A DNA stretch of 64,000 bases from the human T2T-CHM13v2.0 reference genome, Homo sapiens (GCF_009914755.1 NC_060945.1), one strand, 5' to 3'. Shown: positions 14,939 through 30,032, numbered from the stretch's first letter. The notes: generated by a model not told the origin, from the sequence alone. Numbers and translations: made by a program.

Positions 14939-17326
14939 TAAAATACTTATTTTGGATTCTTGTGAATAAAATCCAGCTCAAGTCTATGGGAAAAAAAAAT
15001 CATGGCCAGAAAAGTCTTTCCATTTTCACTGGGTACCAGCCAATAAATCTTAGCCTCTGATGCTCTACTGAATTCAGCTTCTCACTTTCCTACCCTGCTC
15101 CCATCCCACCCCCACACCGAATCAGCGCCAGCTCTGGATTTTACACTCGTAAGCTCAGCTCAGGCCCTGGTAGAGGTGGAGCATCTCATTGCCTTATTCA
15201 TACCTGCTTTGAAAGATATCCTTGTCTTACTCAGTTGGAAGCTCTATAAGCCCCCCATTAAGGCCAAAGAATGTGAAACATCACAAACAGCACAGCATCA
15301 TGTACATAAACTGTTTATTTAAGAGCGGGCAGTCATAGACTGTGGGTGATCCGGGAGATGCATCAGTAGATTTCCTGTGGCCTCAGAAAAATCCACGCAG
15401 TAACCGCAACAGAGAGATGACAAAGAGTCGGTTGCAGGAGGCCTCTGCCCAGGGAGGGTGGCCACCTACCCTGTGCAGTTCAGGCAGAGCACAAAGGCTC
15501 CTCCCAGGGCCCTGGGGAAGGCTGAATCCAGCCTGCCCCTGGCTTACCTAGCTTGGCCCTGGGCAGAGCACTTTTCCTCCACCCCTCACAGAGGCGCAGG
15601 TTACTTGTACCAGCCCGATGCAAATGCTTTGGTGAATGGGCTACCCTAAAACAGAGGATGATGAAGAACGATGGCCATTCCCAGAGTATAATGAGGGATT
15701 CCCTTTAAGTGAGCTTTGCTCTGCCTTCTGCGTTTTCATTAGAAACCAGAAAACTGCTGAGCCTAATTTGTGTTTAAGCCATCATAAACTAAATAATCAG
15801 TTCCTATTAATGACCCTAATTATTCAGCTCCTATTTTTAAATGCTGGTCTTTCAGCATGCTCTATGTGGGTGGTTTTAATTAAGCCTAATTGTAGATACG
15901 TCACATCCAAACAGACACCCTACTCAAATGATTAATAGAGCTTGGAATCTAGTTCACTAAATAGGGGTTTGCAATGGGATGATGGTGTCTATCAAGCTGA
16001 AACGTATCATATAAATTATTTCTCTGATAACTCTAATGGCAGAGAGAATTGTTTATTAGAGTCATTTAGGATTAGAGCCACCACTGGTCTCAGAAGCTAC
16101 ATTCTCAGAGCAGTTGTCAAGTTTGCTGAAAGATTGTTTTCTTAAATTAGCTCTAAGTTGGAATGTACTGGTTTTTCTTTTGCATTTATATTCCCAGAGG
16201 CCTTCTTCTTTAAAAGTGTCTTCTGACATGGCAAAATAACTATCATTTAAGAAGCACTAATCTTAACTAAAAACAAACAAACAACTCACCTTCAATGTAA
16301 AGACCGATTGCTCCTCTTTAGCCCTTCCCTAGAAATCAGCTTTTGATCACTGACCAAGCACTCTCAAGCTTCCGATTCCCCTAAATCTCACCTGATTTTC
16401 CAACACCTCTGAGAGCTTGACATTGCCACTTTTTACACATGAGAGGTGAGGATATCGAACCTCTGAAAGGTTATCTGATCAGCCTGGGATCTCCTGGGGC
16501 AGAGCTGGGCTTAAGAATCACCTGCTTGAGATTTCACCTGCAATTGCCTGACCCATGGGGCTGTGACTTCTTGGATTAAAGCATCATCCATGCACCTTGT
16601 CACTCTACATGGGCAGAGCAAGCCAACCTAGAAACCAATCAGGAGCCACCATAACAAACACAGCCGTGACTCAGCTCTCCACCTGCACACCTCCACCTGC
16701 CCATCAGTCCACACTGGACACTTAACACCCACAAAGGATTTGAAATTTTCCCAACGGCCTCTCACAGGACACATAAAAGCAAATACAAGCTGTCCTCAGT
16801 GCTGTGCTACAGAATACGTTATCCATTGGTTGATCACACAGATCCAGTGAAATATTGTCAGGGAGTTCATTTGAAAACTGTTGTTGCCATGATGTGCTTG
16901 TAGTGCCGTCTGTCAGAGCAGATATTGACCCATTCAAATCCAGCGGCATAAGACAAATGACCAATAGAGACAGTCGTTTCCAGGGTAGGGTCTCTATTAT
17001 TTTTAGCAAATTTTTCCCTGTAGGGTTATGTTTCGGATGCTTCAATGGGCAGATTAAGATGTACTGTGACAGTGATAGAGAATTAGCAGTGGATAGAATT
17101 GAAATTATGTCTCATTTCAGGTGTGGTCTTCACCAGGTCTCACTCATTGGCCTTAATTGTCAATTGAATTGAAAGGGGGTCCTTGCAGTCAAGGTCAGAA
17201 TTTGGGAGGCTCAGAAAATCAAGAGCTGATTGCTGTCCATGGACAGATGTGACCTTTAGGTGTTTGGCCACCCAGCCCAGTTGACTTGGATGAAATGTGT
17301 AGAGAGGCTAGAGCCACAGACTTTGG

Positions 17327-17572
17327 TTAAATTTATCTGATAGGATTCTGAATTCCTTCTGTGTTATCTTGAATTGCTTTGAGTTTTCTCAACACAGCTA
17401 TTTTGAATTCTCTGTCTCAAAGGTCACATATCTCTTTCTCCAGGATTGGTCACTGATGCCTTATTTAATTCATTTAGTGAGGTCATGTTTTCCTGGGTAG
17501 TGTTGATCTTGTAGATATTCTTTGGTGTCTGGGCCTTGAAGAGTTAGGTATTTATTGTATCTTCACTGTCTG
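17327..17572 (-). mobile_element. Internal L1M/L1PB-type fragment (5' UTR/ORF1 start) with a 16-bp TSD, inserted in a MIR (~17300-17765)
   Basis: The minus-strand translation includes DREFKIAVLRKLKAIQDNTE and EFRILSDKF (L1 ORF1p N-terminal region); flanked by GAGCCACAGACTTTGG on both sides. Confidence 0.8.
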
Positions 17573-18164
17573 GAGCCACAGACTTTGGAATCAGACACAC
17601 CTGATTATACATCTCAGCTCCTCCATTATTCACTCTGTGACTCCAGACATGTTACACCACCTCTCTGAGCTTCTAATTCCCTGCATCCATAAAACTAGAC
17701 AGTCATACTTAAATTATTGAATCATTGTAAGGTTTAAATTAATTAATGGAGACAAAACATCTTACTCATAATAAACACCAGTAGGTGTCAAAGGGAGAGA
17801 GTGTCTTTTTTATCTGAGCATTTGTACTGAAATGAGAACATTATGATAGCAGTGGATAGCAAAGTCAAAGTAACCATAATTTTTAAATATCCCCTAATGA
17901 ACTGACCATGTAGAGAAATAGTTGACACTCAAACCCCCTTCACATCTACCATCAGCCTTAATGGTAGTCTATTGGGTCAATGTCTATGCCAGTCTTAGTA
18001 ACAAATGAAAATTGAAAACACTGCAAATACAGTGCAAACTGATGACAACATGAAACTCCAAATCTTGCCTATGATATAAGGTTCCCTGAAGTTAAAGAAA
18101 GTGATGGAGGAACTACCATGATTGTTCAGTGTGCAGTGAAAGCTGATGTTACTGTAATAATCTA

Positions 18165-18525
<361 letters not shown>

Positions 18526-21029
18526 TCAAGACAAAGTTTCAGCTGTCACACTGCCCTTGTTGGTTCTGTGAAATCATGTTCCCCATTTTAAGTAAATTCA
18601 CTTTTCAGTAAAAATTACTCTTTGAAGACAGAGGTCTATGTATATACAAACTTACATGTGTCATTTCACAGAATAAGGAAGAAATGGTTTCACAAATTAT
18701 ATTGCATCAATGTGAACTCTCTTTGGGCACAAACACAGGATAAACATCTGTCAGATAGGATTAAAGTGCCTGTGTGCCACTGAGGAATGGGATGAAGAGA
18801 GAAGGAAGATAATAAGAAGAGAAGGCAAGAAGAAGAAGAATCAAACAGACAGAAATGGAACTTCCCTCAAAGGTGGTGCAGACCTGCCTGGGGCCCCTGA
18901 GAGCAGGAAGGCTTTCCTCCTGAATCCAGCAGAGCTCTTCTCACCACGTGGCCAGAGTCTGCCTTCTGCATGAATGTCATTGCCTAAGTGACTTCGAGAT
19001 GCAGATGGAGCGTGGTTTCACCCTCAGTCTCTCCTCCTCTGGTTCACGCCCATGTCTGATTCCTGGGCATCGCTTTGCCTCAGAAAGCCACCTCCAGTCT
19101 TTCCCACCCACTTCCAATTTGCCCTTGCCCCTTCCTCCAAGCCAAGGCAGTGGTTGTATAAACATAGCTGTATGTACAACACTCAGCTTTTACACTGGTC
19201 TCCATTGAATGAGTAATCGCATTACCAACCTTCTAAGCAAGTCGGCTCCCTCAGGACTGCCGTCTTCCAGCCCTCGTAGTACGAAAATGATTCATTAGTC
19301 CCTTCATCACAATAACATGAGTCACATGTTATGAAAAGCTAGGAGGATGTATTTTGTGTACACTGAAATCTAAGGTTTGCAAATTTCTGCAATTTAACTT
19401 TATTGAGGAGGGAGTGGGGTAGAAATGAATTCCACATTTTTTCTAAGTACGAAAACCCACATCAGGCAACATCTGCTTAAGTCAGTCTCCAAGGACTCAA
19501 TGTAAACGGTTGTTGATATAAATAGATGTGTTTTTAAGCAAAGACAGATGTCCCAGCCCCAAATGTTAAGAAAACAATTAAGTTCAAAGACATGTTGGTT
19601 TTCATTTCTTTCCCAATAGGTGAATCTTCACTGGGCTATGACAATGAGGGGTGGAAGAGAGAACACTGTGTTTCCCTGTGGAAAGGTGTGTTGTGCCGTG
19701 GGTGGCAGGTGTGAGCTGCACACATGCAGGATGGCGTCCGCTTGCCTCCCTAGTGTTGCTCGAGAGGCCTGGGTCATGACGCCTTCCCTTACTCATGCAT
19801 TCTCACGGCACTTGCTGATTTATTTGAAGACTCCCCTATTCAGAACTCCTCAGAATATTATTTCAGGGAATACTAAGTGGGAGGCATTAGGAAATAAGTC
19901 CCCGGAATTTGGGGGTCCATGGGAGAAGAAACTAGAAGCCAGCAGGACTCTGGAGCAAGAGTGGGCTATGGGACAATGGTCCTCAGTAGGAACGGGCCTG
20001 CATCTCGTTCTCCCAGAGCAAGGATCTGAAATCCAAAAGATGATCAACAAATCTGCATTTCGGCAGGAGGAACATTCCCAGTGAGCTTATCAGGAAAGCT
20101 AGCACCAGGCACAAAGGGTCATTTCTACACAGAGAAATTCACATTGTTTGTGTCAGGCACTTTGCCAGAAAGCATTTTGACAAATTCCCTCGTTGAATGT
20201 GAGGGATGCAATGAAGAATTTAAAGTTTCGCAGGAATTAGTGACATAAGGCAAGTTCACATTTTGACCATACCACCCTTTACATGGTAGAAAATTCTACC
20301 CCATATGCCCAAAGCAGGTCTTCCCTTCCTTCTGAGAAGCCGAGGCAAAGACCTTCCTGGCCTTTGGGCCAAGCTTTCCCAGGAAGGGAAGGAAACTGTA
20401 GCTGCTTTGGAGGGTTCCTCGGACTAAATTGGGGGTGCCAATGCTAGAAGATAACACAGGCTGGCAGGCCACTCCCCGCCCCAGGCCCCAGCCAGAGCAT
20501 CCCAGGCTCCATCCCAGGCCCCATCCTAGGCTCTGTGGTACAGGCAGGGGGAGGATGGCTAGTACCCTTCACCCCGAGGGCATGGCCGCCTTTCTGACAT
20601 CACCTGGGAGGGGGCACCCCGGCTGGCCGAGGTTTAAGGTAGAAAAGCCTAGCTCCTTTGTTGTTTGTCATGAAGCCAAATGATCTGGAACTTGGTTCTT
20701 TCTCAAATGGTCAGAAAAAAATGTCAAAACAAAGCCCCCATCACAAATCACCTCAGGACACATGTCACACTCTTCCCGGGCCTGAGCACTATTAGTGATT
20801 AGAAACGACCACTCAGTTGTGAGCACACAGGCTGGGCAGGCTGTCAGAAGTTGCAAAAGCCGTCACTGGTTGTGTCAGGCGGATACCAGAATCAGTCAGC
20901 GATCTCAAAGTCTGGTGTCCATGCTGCCAGACATCTGTGAGTATTAGGATAAAATGTCATATTAATCAGACATTCACATGAGGCCACAAGCAACGCTTGG
21001 CATTTGTAGATGTAGTGTAGATAGATAAG

Positions 21030-21403
21030 CCACCCCATACTCTCTTCCTGGACACACAGGAGGACCACCTTTCCAAGCCTCCTTTTCCTCCCATTGGGTT
21101 CTGGTGAGAGGTGTGTGGGCAGAGGTGATGGGAGTCCTGTAGACTTGGCCATAAAGCACTCTGAGTGATCTTTGACACACCTTCTTCCCCTTCTGTGACA
21201 ACCCTGGAGGCTGTGTATTGACCATGGTGGCTTCACAAGACGTAAGGAGACTAGATCCCTGGGTTATCACATGGAGAAGAACCCAGCAGAGCTGCTCAGG
21301 CTGTATTGGAATGGGGATGAGGGGAAGCAAACCTTTGTGACATTACAACACTGAGATTAGGAGATTGTTAGCGCAGCTAGCATTTACTATTCTGATGCAT
21401 GCA
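21030..21403 (+). mobile_element. Old MaLR LTR (MLT1J-like)
   Basis: Degenerate similarity (TGGGCAGAGGTGATGG, ACTGAGATT...TTGTTAGCGCAGC). Confidence 0.5.
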
Positions 21404-22355
21404 CCTTGTTTCTGGGAAGTACGGATGGATACCACCAAGCAAGGTGCTTTGAAGTAGTTCGTTTATTGGCATTTTCCAGACCAAGTGTATAGTTTAAAAT
21501 CAGTCCCCCAAAAAATCACAGTTGGGAAGAGAAAGAGAAGCCCGAGAATGAAAGGAGTATGATGCTGCTCACTTTGGGACCGAGTGCCATTAGATTCCTA
21601 GAGTAACAAGAAACTGAAAGGATTACTCAGTTCATTCTCTAATTCTGAGCATAGCTGTGCCCAGATCATCCTTGAGGGACAGTCTGTTCCCTGTTCCCAA
21701 ATGCAGCCAAGCATGAAATTCCACAGCCCAGACTAGTAATTTAGTGACTCGAAACCCGGGCCCCGGGAGCTCTTTCTGAGGGCCAATCCAAGCCCCTTGC
21801 TGGGCTGTATCTTGCTCCCATTTCTCCTTTTCCCTGAGGAAACAGACTGTTGCTTACAATTTTGATATGGTGTGTCTGCATTTATTTGATTACTAACATC
21901 ATATGAATTCCCCATCACTCTTTATTCTTGAAGTAAAATAATGCATTTCCCTTAAATTTATTTAATCCATCCAGCAATTCCTGACTATGCAGCCAGCTCT
22001 ACTCCAGGGAAGAGAAGGCTCAGTCTCTCCCTTCAAAGAGGTAAGATAGACACATTAAAAAGTTAACAGGATATTGTTACATGTTACAATGAATGGGAAG
22101 GACCTTGTGAAGAAGAAGACATGAGCTCCAATCTGGAGGGCTTCCCAGAGGAAGTGGGCTTCCAGGGGCCCTGAAAGATGCTAAGAACTTAGAAGAGTCA
22201 AGAGAGAAGTTAGGACATTAGGAGAGAATTCTAGAGGCCAGGATGAATGTGGGGAAGGATGGCGAGAAAACCAGCTTGGTTGGAGTAGAAACTTCCACTG
22301 GGGAATGGACAAGAAGGGCTCGAGGGGAAGAAGAGTAAGAGCCAGTCTTGGAGGG

Positions 22356-22847
22356 TGTGGTAGGTGGAATAATGGCCCTCCAAGGGTATCCAAGTCCTAA
22401 TCCCTGAAACCTGTAAATATGTGGCCTTACATGGTCAAAGGGACTTTGCAGATGTGATTAAATGCAGGACCTCGAGGTGGGGAGATGATCCTAGATTATT
22501 CAGATGTTCCCAAAATGTAATCACAAGCATCTTTAGAAGGGAGAGACAAGTCTCAGACTCAAAGAGAGAGATGAGGTAATGAAAGCAGAGGTTGGGGAGA
22601 GAGAGTTCAAGATGCTATACTGCTTGAAGATGAAGGGGGGCCCTGAGCCAAAGGATGCAGGTACCTGTAGAAGCTGGGAAGGGCAAAGAAATGAATTCTC
22701 TGCTGGAGCCTCCAGAAGGCATGCAGCCTTGCAGATACCTTGCTTTTAGGAATTCTGACCTCTAAAATTGTAAGATCATATATTTGTGTTGTTTTAAACC
22801 ACTATGCTTGTTGTCATTTGTTACCATGGCCAGAAGAAATGAATGCA
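22356..22847 (+). mobile_element. MaLR solo LTR (MLT1D-like)
   Basis: Starts TGTGGTAGG..AATAATGGCCC; contains GGGACTTTGCAGATGTGATTAA and GGAGCCTCCAGAAGG; ends in CA. Confidence 0.82.
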
Positions 22848-23284
22848 GACAATTTCAAATTTGAAGCTGATGAGACTTTAACCTGCCAAAAAATCAGAGT
22901 CTTGGACTCAGAAGGTCTTTCAACAGAGTCATGAAATCAGTCATTCTTCATGTGTGTGTAGTGTGAGCTCTCCTTAAGTGCCACAAAACACATCCTTGCC
23001 CATATTGGTCCCCAAGAACCCCAGCGTGGATGACAGTGCATCACACAGATGAAACTGGTAGAGTATTTTCTGGATGAATGAGCAAATAAGCAGTAAATGC
23101 TGCAATCTCTCTCTGGTTGAAGTCCTCAATTCCTCTTGCCTGAACCATTTCAATATCCACCTCATAAGCCTCCAGGCTCCAATCTTGTCTCCATTCCAAC
23201 CTGCTGCCAGGGTCTTCCTCTCATGCAAGTGGTTATGTACATTTCATCCAAATAAAATTCAAATTCCTTAAAATAGCATATAGC

Positions 23285-23464
23285 TCTTTTTGGCTTCCCT
23301 GGGCAACATCAGAAGAAGAATTGTCTTGGATCACACATAAAATATATTAACACTAACAACGGCTGATGAGCTAAAAAAAAAATAGTCACACAAAAAAATA
23401 TCATAATATCTTAAAAAAGTATTGGGCCACATGTGGTCTGTGTGCTGTGGGTTGGACAAGCTTG
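23285..23464 (+). mobile_element. MER30 (hAT-Charlie) fragment
   Basis: TTTTGGCTTCCCTGGG...GAAGAAGAATTGTCTTGG...GCTGATGAGCTAAAAAAA...GGGTTGGACAAGCTTG. Confidence 0.8.
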
Positions 23465-23559
23465 GTCGAAAGCCTTCTATGGCCTCAGTCTATCACTCAA
23501 GCAGAAACCACCAACACCCACATGCTTTCCTGTCTGCGTTGGCAGAACTTCACTATTAA

Positions 23560-24003
23560 GTTGCCCTCTCTAATATGACTTTACTATTCTAAGAAATCGT
23601 TGCCCAGGAAATAAAAGTTACTAATTGTATTGTTTCAGGAACTTCCCAGAAAAACTAATTTAAGTGATTATCAAACTACTCAACTCTTCAATAACTAGTA
23701 TCAAGGATTATTTACTCTCCAATACACTTCTGAGAACCCTGCCTTAAAACCCTCACCTTGCTGTCTTCACCAATCCTGAACCATTATATCATGATCCTTA
23801 ATCCTATTCAAACTTCTTTCCCCATTGAAAGACCTGCCAAACCCCCTAAACCTTACAAATAGCCCAACTTTGTCATACTCACAGAAAATACTATGCAGAC
23901 TTTGTTGAGATAGTTGTGTTGCTTACCATGGGAAGCAGTAAACTCAGCTTTGCCTGACCAGCAGGTTGTTGGGGTGATGTTTTTGGGGAGTCAGTACTGG
24001 ACA
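23560..24003 (+). mobile_element. ERV1-class LTR fragment (MER67-like)
   Basis: 3' portion TAAACTCAGCTTTG...CAGGTTG...TTTGGGGAGTCAG...GACA. Confidence 0.5.
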
Positions 24004-24039
24004 CCTAAGTAAACTTGTTACTTCATGCTTCCCTCTTCT

Positions 24040-24953
24040 AGAAGGCAGAATAATGGCTGTCCAAAGATGTCCACATCTTAATCTTAGGAACCTGTAAATA
24101 TATTTCCTTACATAGCAAGGGGGAATTAAGGTAGCAGATAGATTTAATGTTGCTAATCGGCTGACTTTGAAATGATGAGATCATTGATACAGCTTGAATA
24201 TATGTCCCTGTCAAATCTCATGTTGAATTGTAATCCCCAGTGTTGGAAATGGGGCCTGGTGGGAGGTGATTGGGTCATGGGGGCGGATCCTTCATGGCTT
24301 GGTGCTGTTGTGATAATGAGTGAATTCTCAGGAGATCTGGTATTTAAGTGTGTGGCACCTTCCCCCTACTTGCTCTCTCTTGCCCTCATTCTCACCATAT
24401 GAGATGCCTGCTCCATCTTCTTCCACCCTGATTGGAAGCTTCCTGAGGCCTCCCCAGAAGCCAACCAGATACAGTCACTATGCTTCCTACATAGCCTGCA
24501 GAACCGTGAGCCAAATAAACCTCTTTTCTTTATAAATTACCCAGGCTTAGGTATTTCTTTAGAGCAATGCAAGAATGGCCTAATACAATTATCCTAGATT
24601 CTCCAGGTGGGAACCCATGTAAACACAAGGATCTTTACATGTGGAAGGGGGAAACTGAAAGAGTCAGTGTCAAATCGATGAGATGCAGGAAAGACTCAAC
24701 CAACCGTTGCTGGCATTGAAGATGGAGGATGGGGCCACAAGCCAAGGAATGGGCAGCCTTAGAAGCTGAAAAAGGCAAGAAATGCATTTCTACCTGGAGC
24801 CTCCAGAAAGGAATGCAACCCTGCCAACACCTAGATTTTAGCCTGGCAAGATCTGTATTAGACCTCTGACCTCCAGAACTGTAAGATAATCTTGTGTTGT
24901 TTTAACCCAGCAAATGTCTGTTCATTTGTTTTGGCAGCAGTAGAAAACCAGCA
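24040..24953 (+). mobile_element. MLT1D/E-like LTR interrupted by a nested MSTA LTR
   Basis: Host halves at 24040-24184 and 24588-24953. Confidence 0.78.
24185..24587 (+). mobile_element. MSTA-like solo LTR, nested
   Basis: TGATA...AAATCTCATGTTGAATTGTAATCCCCA...CTAATACA; 5-bp TSD ATCAT/ATTAT. Confidence 0.85.
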
Positions 24954-25022
24954 TATCTCTCCTTGCTGATGCTCCTTTCTCCATCTGAAATCTCAATCTG
25001 ATCTCACTCTTCTGCCTGTTGA

Positions 25023-25436
<414 letters not shown>

Positions 25437-26378
25437 TGTTCTCCTTTATTTTATACGATCACATTTACTAGGGTATGTAGCGTATATCTTCTATGTCTTA
25501 TAAATAACTTTTGCACAGCTGAATGGTAAAGATTTGTCTATTCTTTCAATGTAACCATACCATTATCCCTTTAGCTAGCTAAATAACATCCATGGTGGGT
25601 ACAGAAGTATCCTGACAGAAGTCATGTATTTGAGGAATGAAATGTAAGTTCTTCATTAATTAAGGCTGGGAGAATCTTCCTCTTTTGGAAACTAATATAT
25701 CAACTTGAAAGTCAATTCTAATAAGAAGGTTGAAAGAATGATATGGAAAGGAATTTGTGAATAATAGAAAAGAAATGAAAAGAACACTTTCTGTAAGGCT
25801 AGCTTCTCCACTGGGCATCAGGGCTGTTGCTTTGAGCCTATAGCTTTTCTAGCGCCTATGAAAATATTTGAAAGCCTAGACAAGAAAGAAACATCAGGAA
25901 GTTAAAATAGGTTCATCAAATGTCTACAAAATGTAACCTTATCTCAACTCATTAACTGAATTTTGCATACATACAAATTCCATTACATTTGCAAAAAATG
26001 TGTAAGTTTGTTTTTCTCACTTCATCAGAATTCAGAATTCTCAAGCATGCACCAGGAACGAAAATAACTACTTTTCGCCAACTAATTTTGAAAGCAATGT
26101 TTTCTCTTAATTGTTTCAAATTACTTTACATTTGAAAATATTTAAGATGAGAAGTAGATGCATTTTAACATATGTGATGGAATGTATCATGGAGCCTCCA
26201 AAATTGAGAGACCCTACAGCCTACCCAGAGCTTAAAGCAGCCCCGTTAGTTACTGGGCAGAAAGGAATGGGGTGTGGCTGACAGGTAATGTGGATGATGG
26301 TGGTAATAACAGTGACTCATATTCCTTGCACACTTACCATGTGTCCTTTATTTCTTACATCATTTTTTAAAAATTGAG

Positions 26379-26749
<371 letters not shown>

Positions 26750-27097
26750 CTACCACCTATCTCTAGTTTCCAGTCTTTTTCATCACCCCAGAAAAATTCC
26801 CCATAACTGTCAAACAAGAACTCTCCACTCCTTCCTCCCTTCAGCCCCTGGAAACCACCAATCTGCTTTCTGTTTCTATAGATGTGCCTATTCTGGACAT
26901 TTCATATAAACAGAATCATACAAGTGACTTTCTGTTTCTGACTTCTTTCACTTTGCATGTTTTCAAGGTTCATCCATGTCGTAACATATGTCAGTTCTTC
27001 CCTCATTTTTTGGCTGAATAATATTTTGTTGTGTGTATTTTGGGCTACTATGAATAATTCTGCTGTGAACATTTGTATACATGTTTCTGTATGGGCT

Positions 27098-27403
27098 TTT
27101 TTTTTTTTTTTTTTTTTTTTTGAGACAGGGTCTCACTCTGTCACCCAGGCTCTGGAGTGCAGTGGTGCAATCATGGCTCACTGCAGCCTTGAACTCCTGG
27201 GCTCAAGTGATCCTCCCACCTTGGCCTCCCAAGCTGCTGGGACTACAGGCATGTGCCACCATACCCAGCTAATTTTTGTATTTTTTGTAGAGACAAGGTT
27301 TTGCCACGTTGTCCAGGCTGGTTTTAAACCCCTGAGCCAAGAGATCCACCTGCCTCAGCTTCCCAAAGAGCTGGGATTACAGCCTCGAGCCACTACTCCC
27401 AGC
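27098..27403 (-). mobile_element. AluJ
   Basis: Long poly-T followed by an antisense dimer. Confidence 0.88.
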
Positions 27404-28354
27404 CACATTTTGATTTCTCTTAAGTATACACACTGGGAGTGAGACTGCTGGATCATATGATAAGTCTGTGCTTAACTTTTTGAGGAATGATTCCTTTCAT
27501 CTTTTCAACAGCAATATGGGAATTGGAAATCAGTGTGATCATGTGCCCAAGGTGACACTCCCATAAGAGGTGGAGTGGAATTTACAGTCAAGCCATTCTG
27601 ATTCAGAGCCCCTGTCCTTGCACTCAGTCAAGATGTCTCGTTAGTGTACATGAAATAGAGACAGTGGTGGGAGCTGAGGGCTGCACGCAGGGCACAACAA
27701 GAGGTAGAGGCTAGCAAGCGTAGGATGTGCTCAGGTGCATTCAGAATCGAGGACTATGAGGGTGGACAGGGGCCAGATTCTTGAGAATCCTGAAGGACAG
27801 CAGAGTAGGAAGCCATGGCTCCAAAGTCAGGCAGCCAGAAGTAGATGGGCTTTGAGGACCAATGGTGCCAGGGTGTGTCATTGGGACCTTCTAGGAACTC
27901 AGGTAAAAAATGATGGCCAAGAGTAGGCAATGTTAGAGAGTTCATCCTCAGGCACAGACAGGGCAAAGTGTGCAGCACCGTGGACTGCCTTTGTGACTTT
28001 TATGATTAGATTGAGAGAATCACCACCTCTTAGCAGAGAGAGCAACAAACAATGCAAACAATGCAAACACAGACACACAAAGAAGGAGAAACAATAGCCC
28101 TCATCACCACAGCCCTAGTGGTGGCAGCAACTAAGGAAATTATATAGAGAAGTTGGAGGAGCCTGTGCAACCAGCAAACAGAAATGTTGTGAACCCATTG
28201 AGATGTATGGACTTTCCCTGACATGCTACCAAAAGTTTGTCATTTTAGGAGCCCTGAAGACTTCTTGAAGATCTGATGTGCAGGCCTAGATCTCAAGCTT
28301 ATTTATTTTTCTGTTCTTCTTCTTGCATATTAAGATGGATGCTTTTCTTATTAA

Positions 28355-28739
<385 letters not shown>

Positions 28740-29329
28740 TCCTTTTTCATATTTAGTATTTTCCTAATCATTCAGTTGTAAATATTTTAATGTCCATTAT
28801 GATTTCTTCTTCCACCTTTTGTTTTGATTATCTATTGCTGCATTCCAAAAAAAAAAAATTAGCTTAAAATGACAATCATTTCATTCTATCTCATGATATT
28901 GTGGGTCATGAATTGGGACAGGTTTCAGCTGGATGATTCTCCTGCTCTTCTGAACATTAACTAAGGGAACTAGTGATCTTCAGCTGGTAGATGGGCTGGT
29001 CTGGAGGGTCCAAGGACTTTCACTCACATGTTGGCATCTGGGTGCAGATGGCTGGATGGCATGCTCAGTGAGACTGCTGGACAGTGGCTACCTCTGGCCT
29101 CTGCAGCTTGGCAGGCTCAGGATGGTTGGACCAACTCAAAGCAGCTCAGATCCCCAGAGAGAGAGGAACTGGCCAGTCTGGGAATTGAATCTAGAAATTA
29201 GCAAAGCACAATTCCACCATAGTCTGTTGCTTGAAGCAACACAGAAAGGTCTCCCAGATCATTGGAAGGCACACAGCTCCTGCTGCTGAATGGGAATAGT
29301 GGAAAAATATTTCTGATCATTCTTTTTGG

Positions 29330-30032
<703 letters not shown>

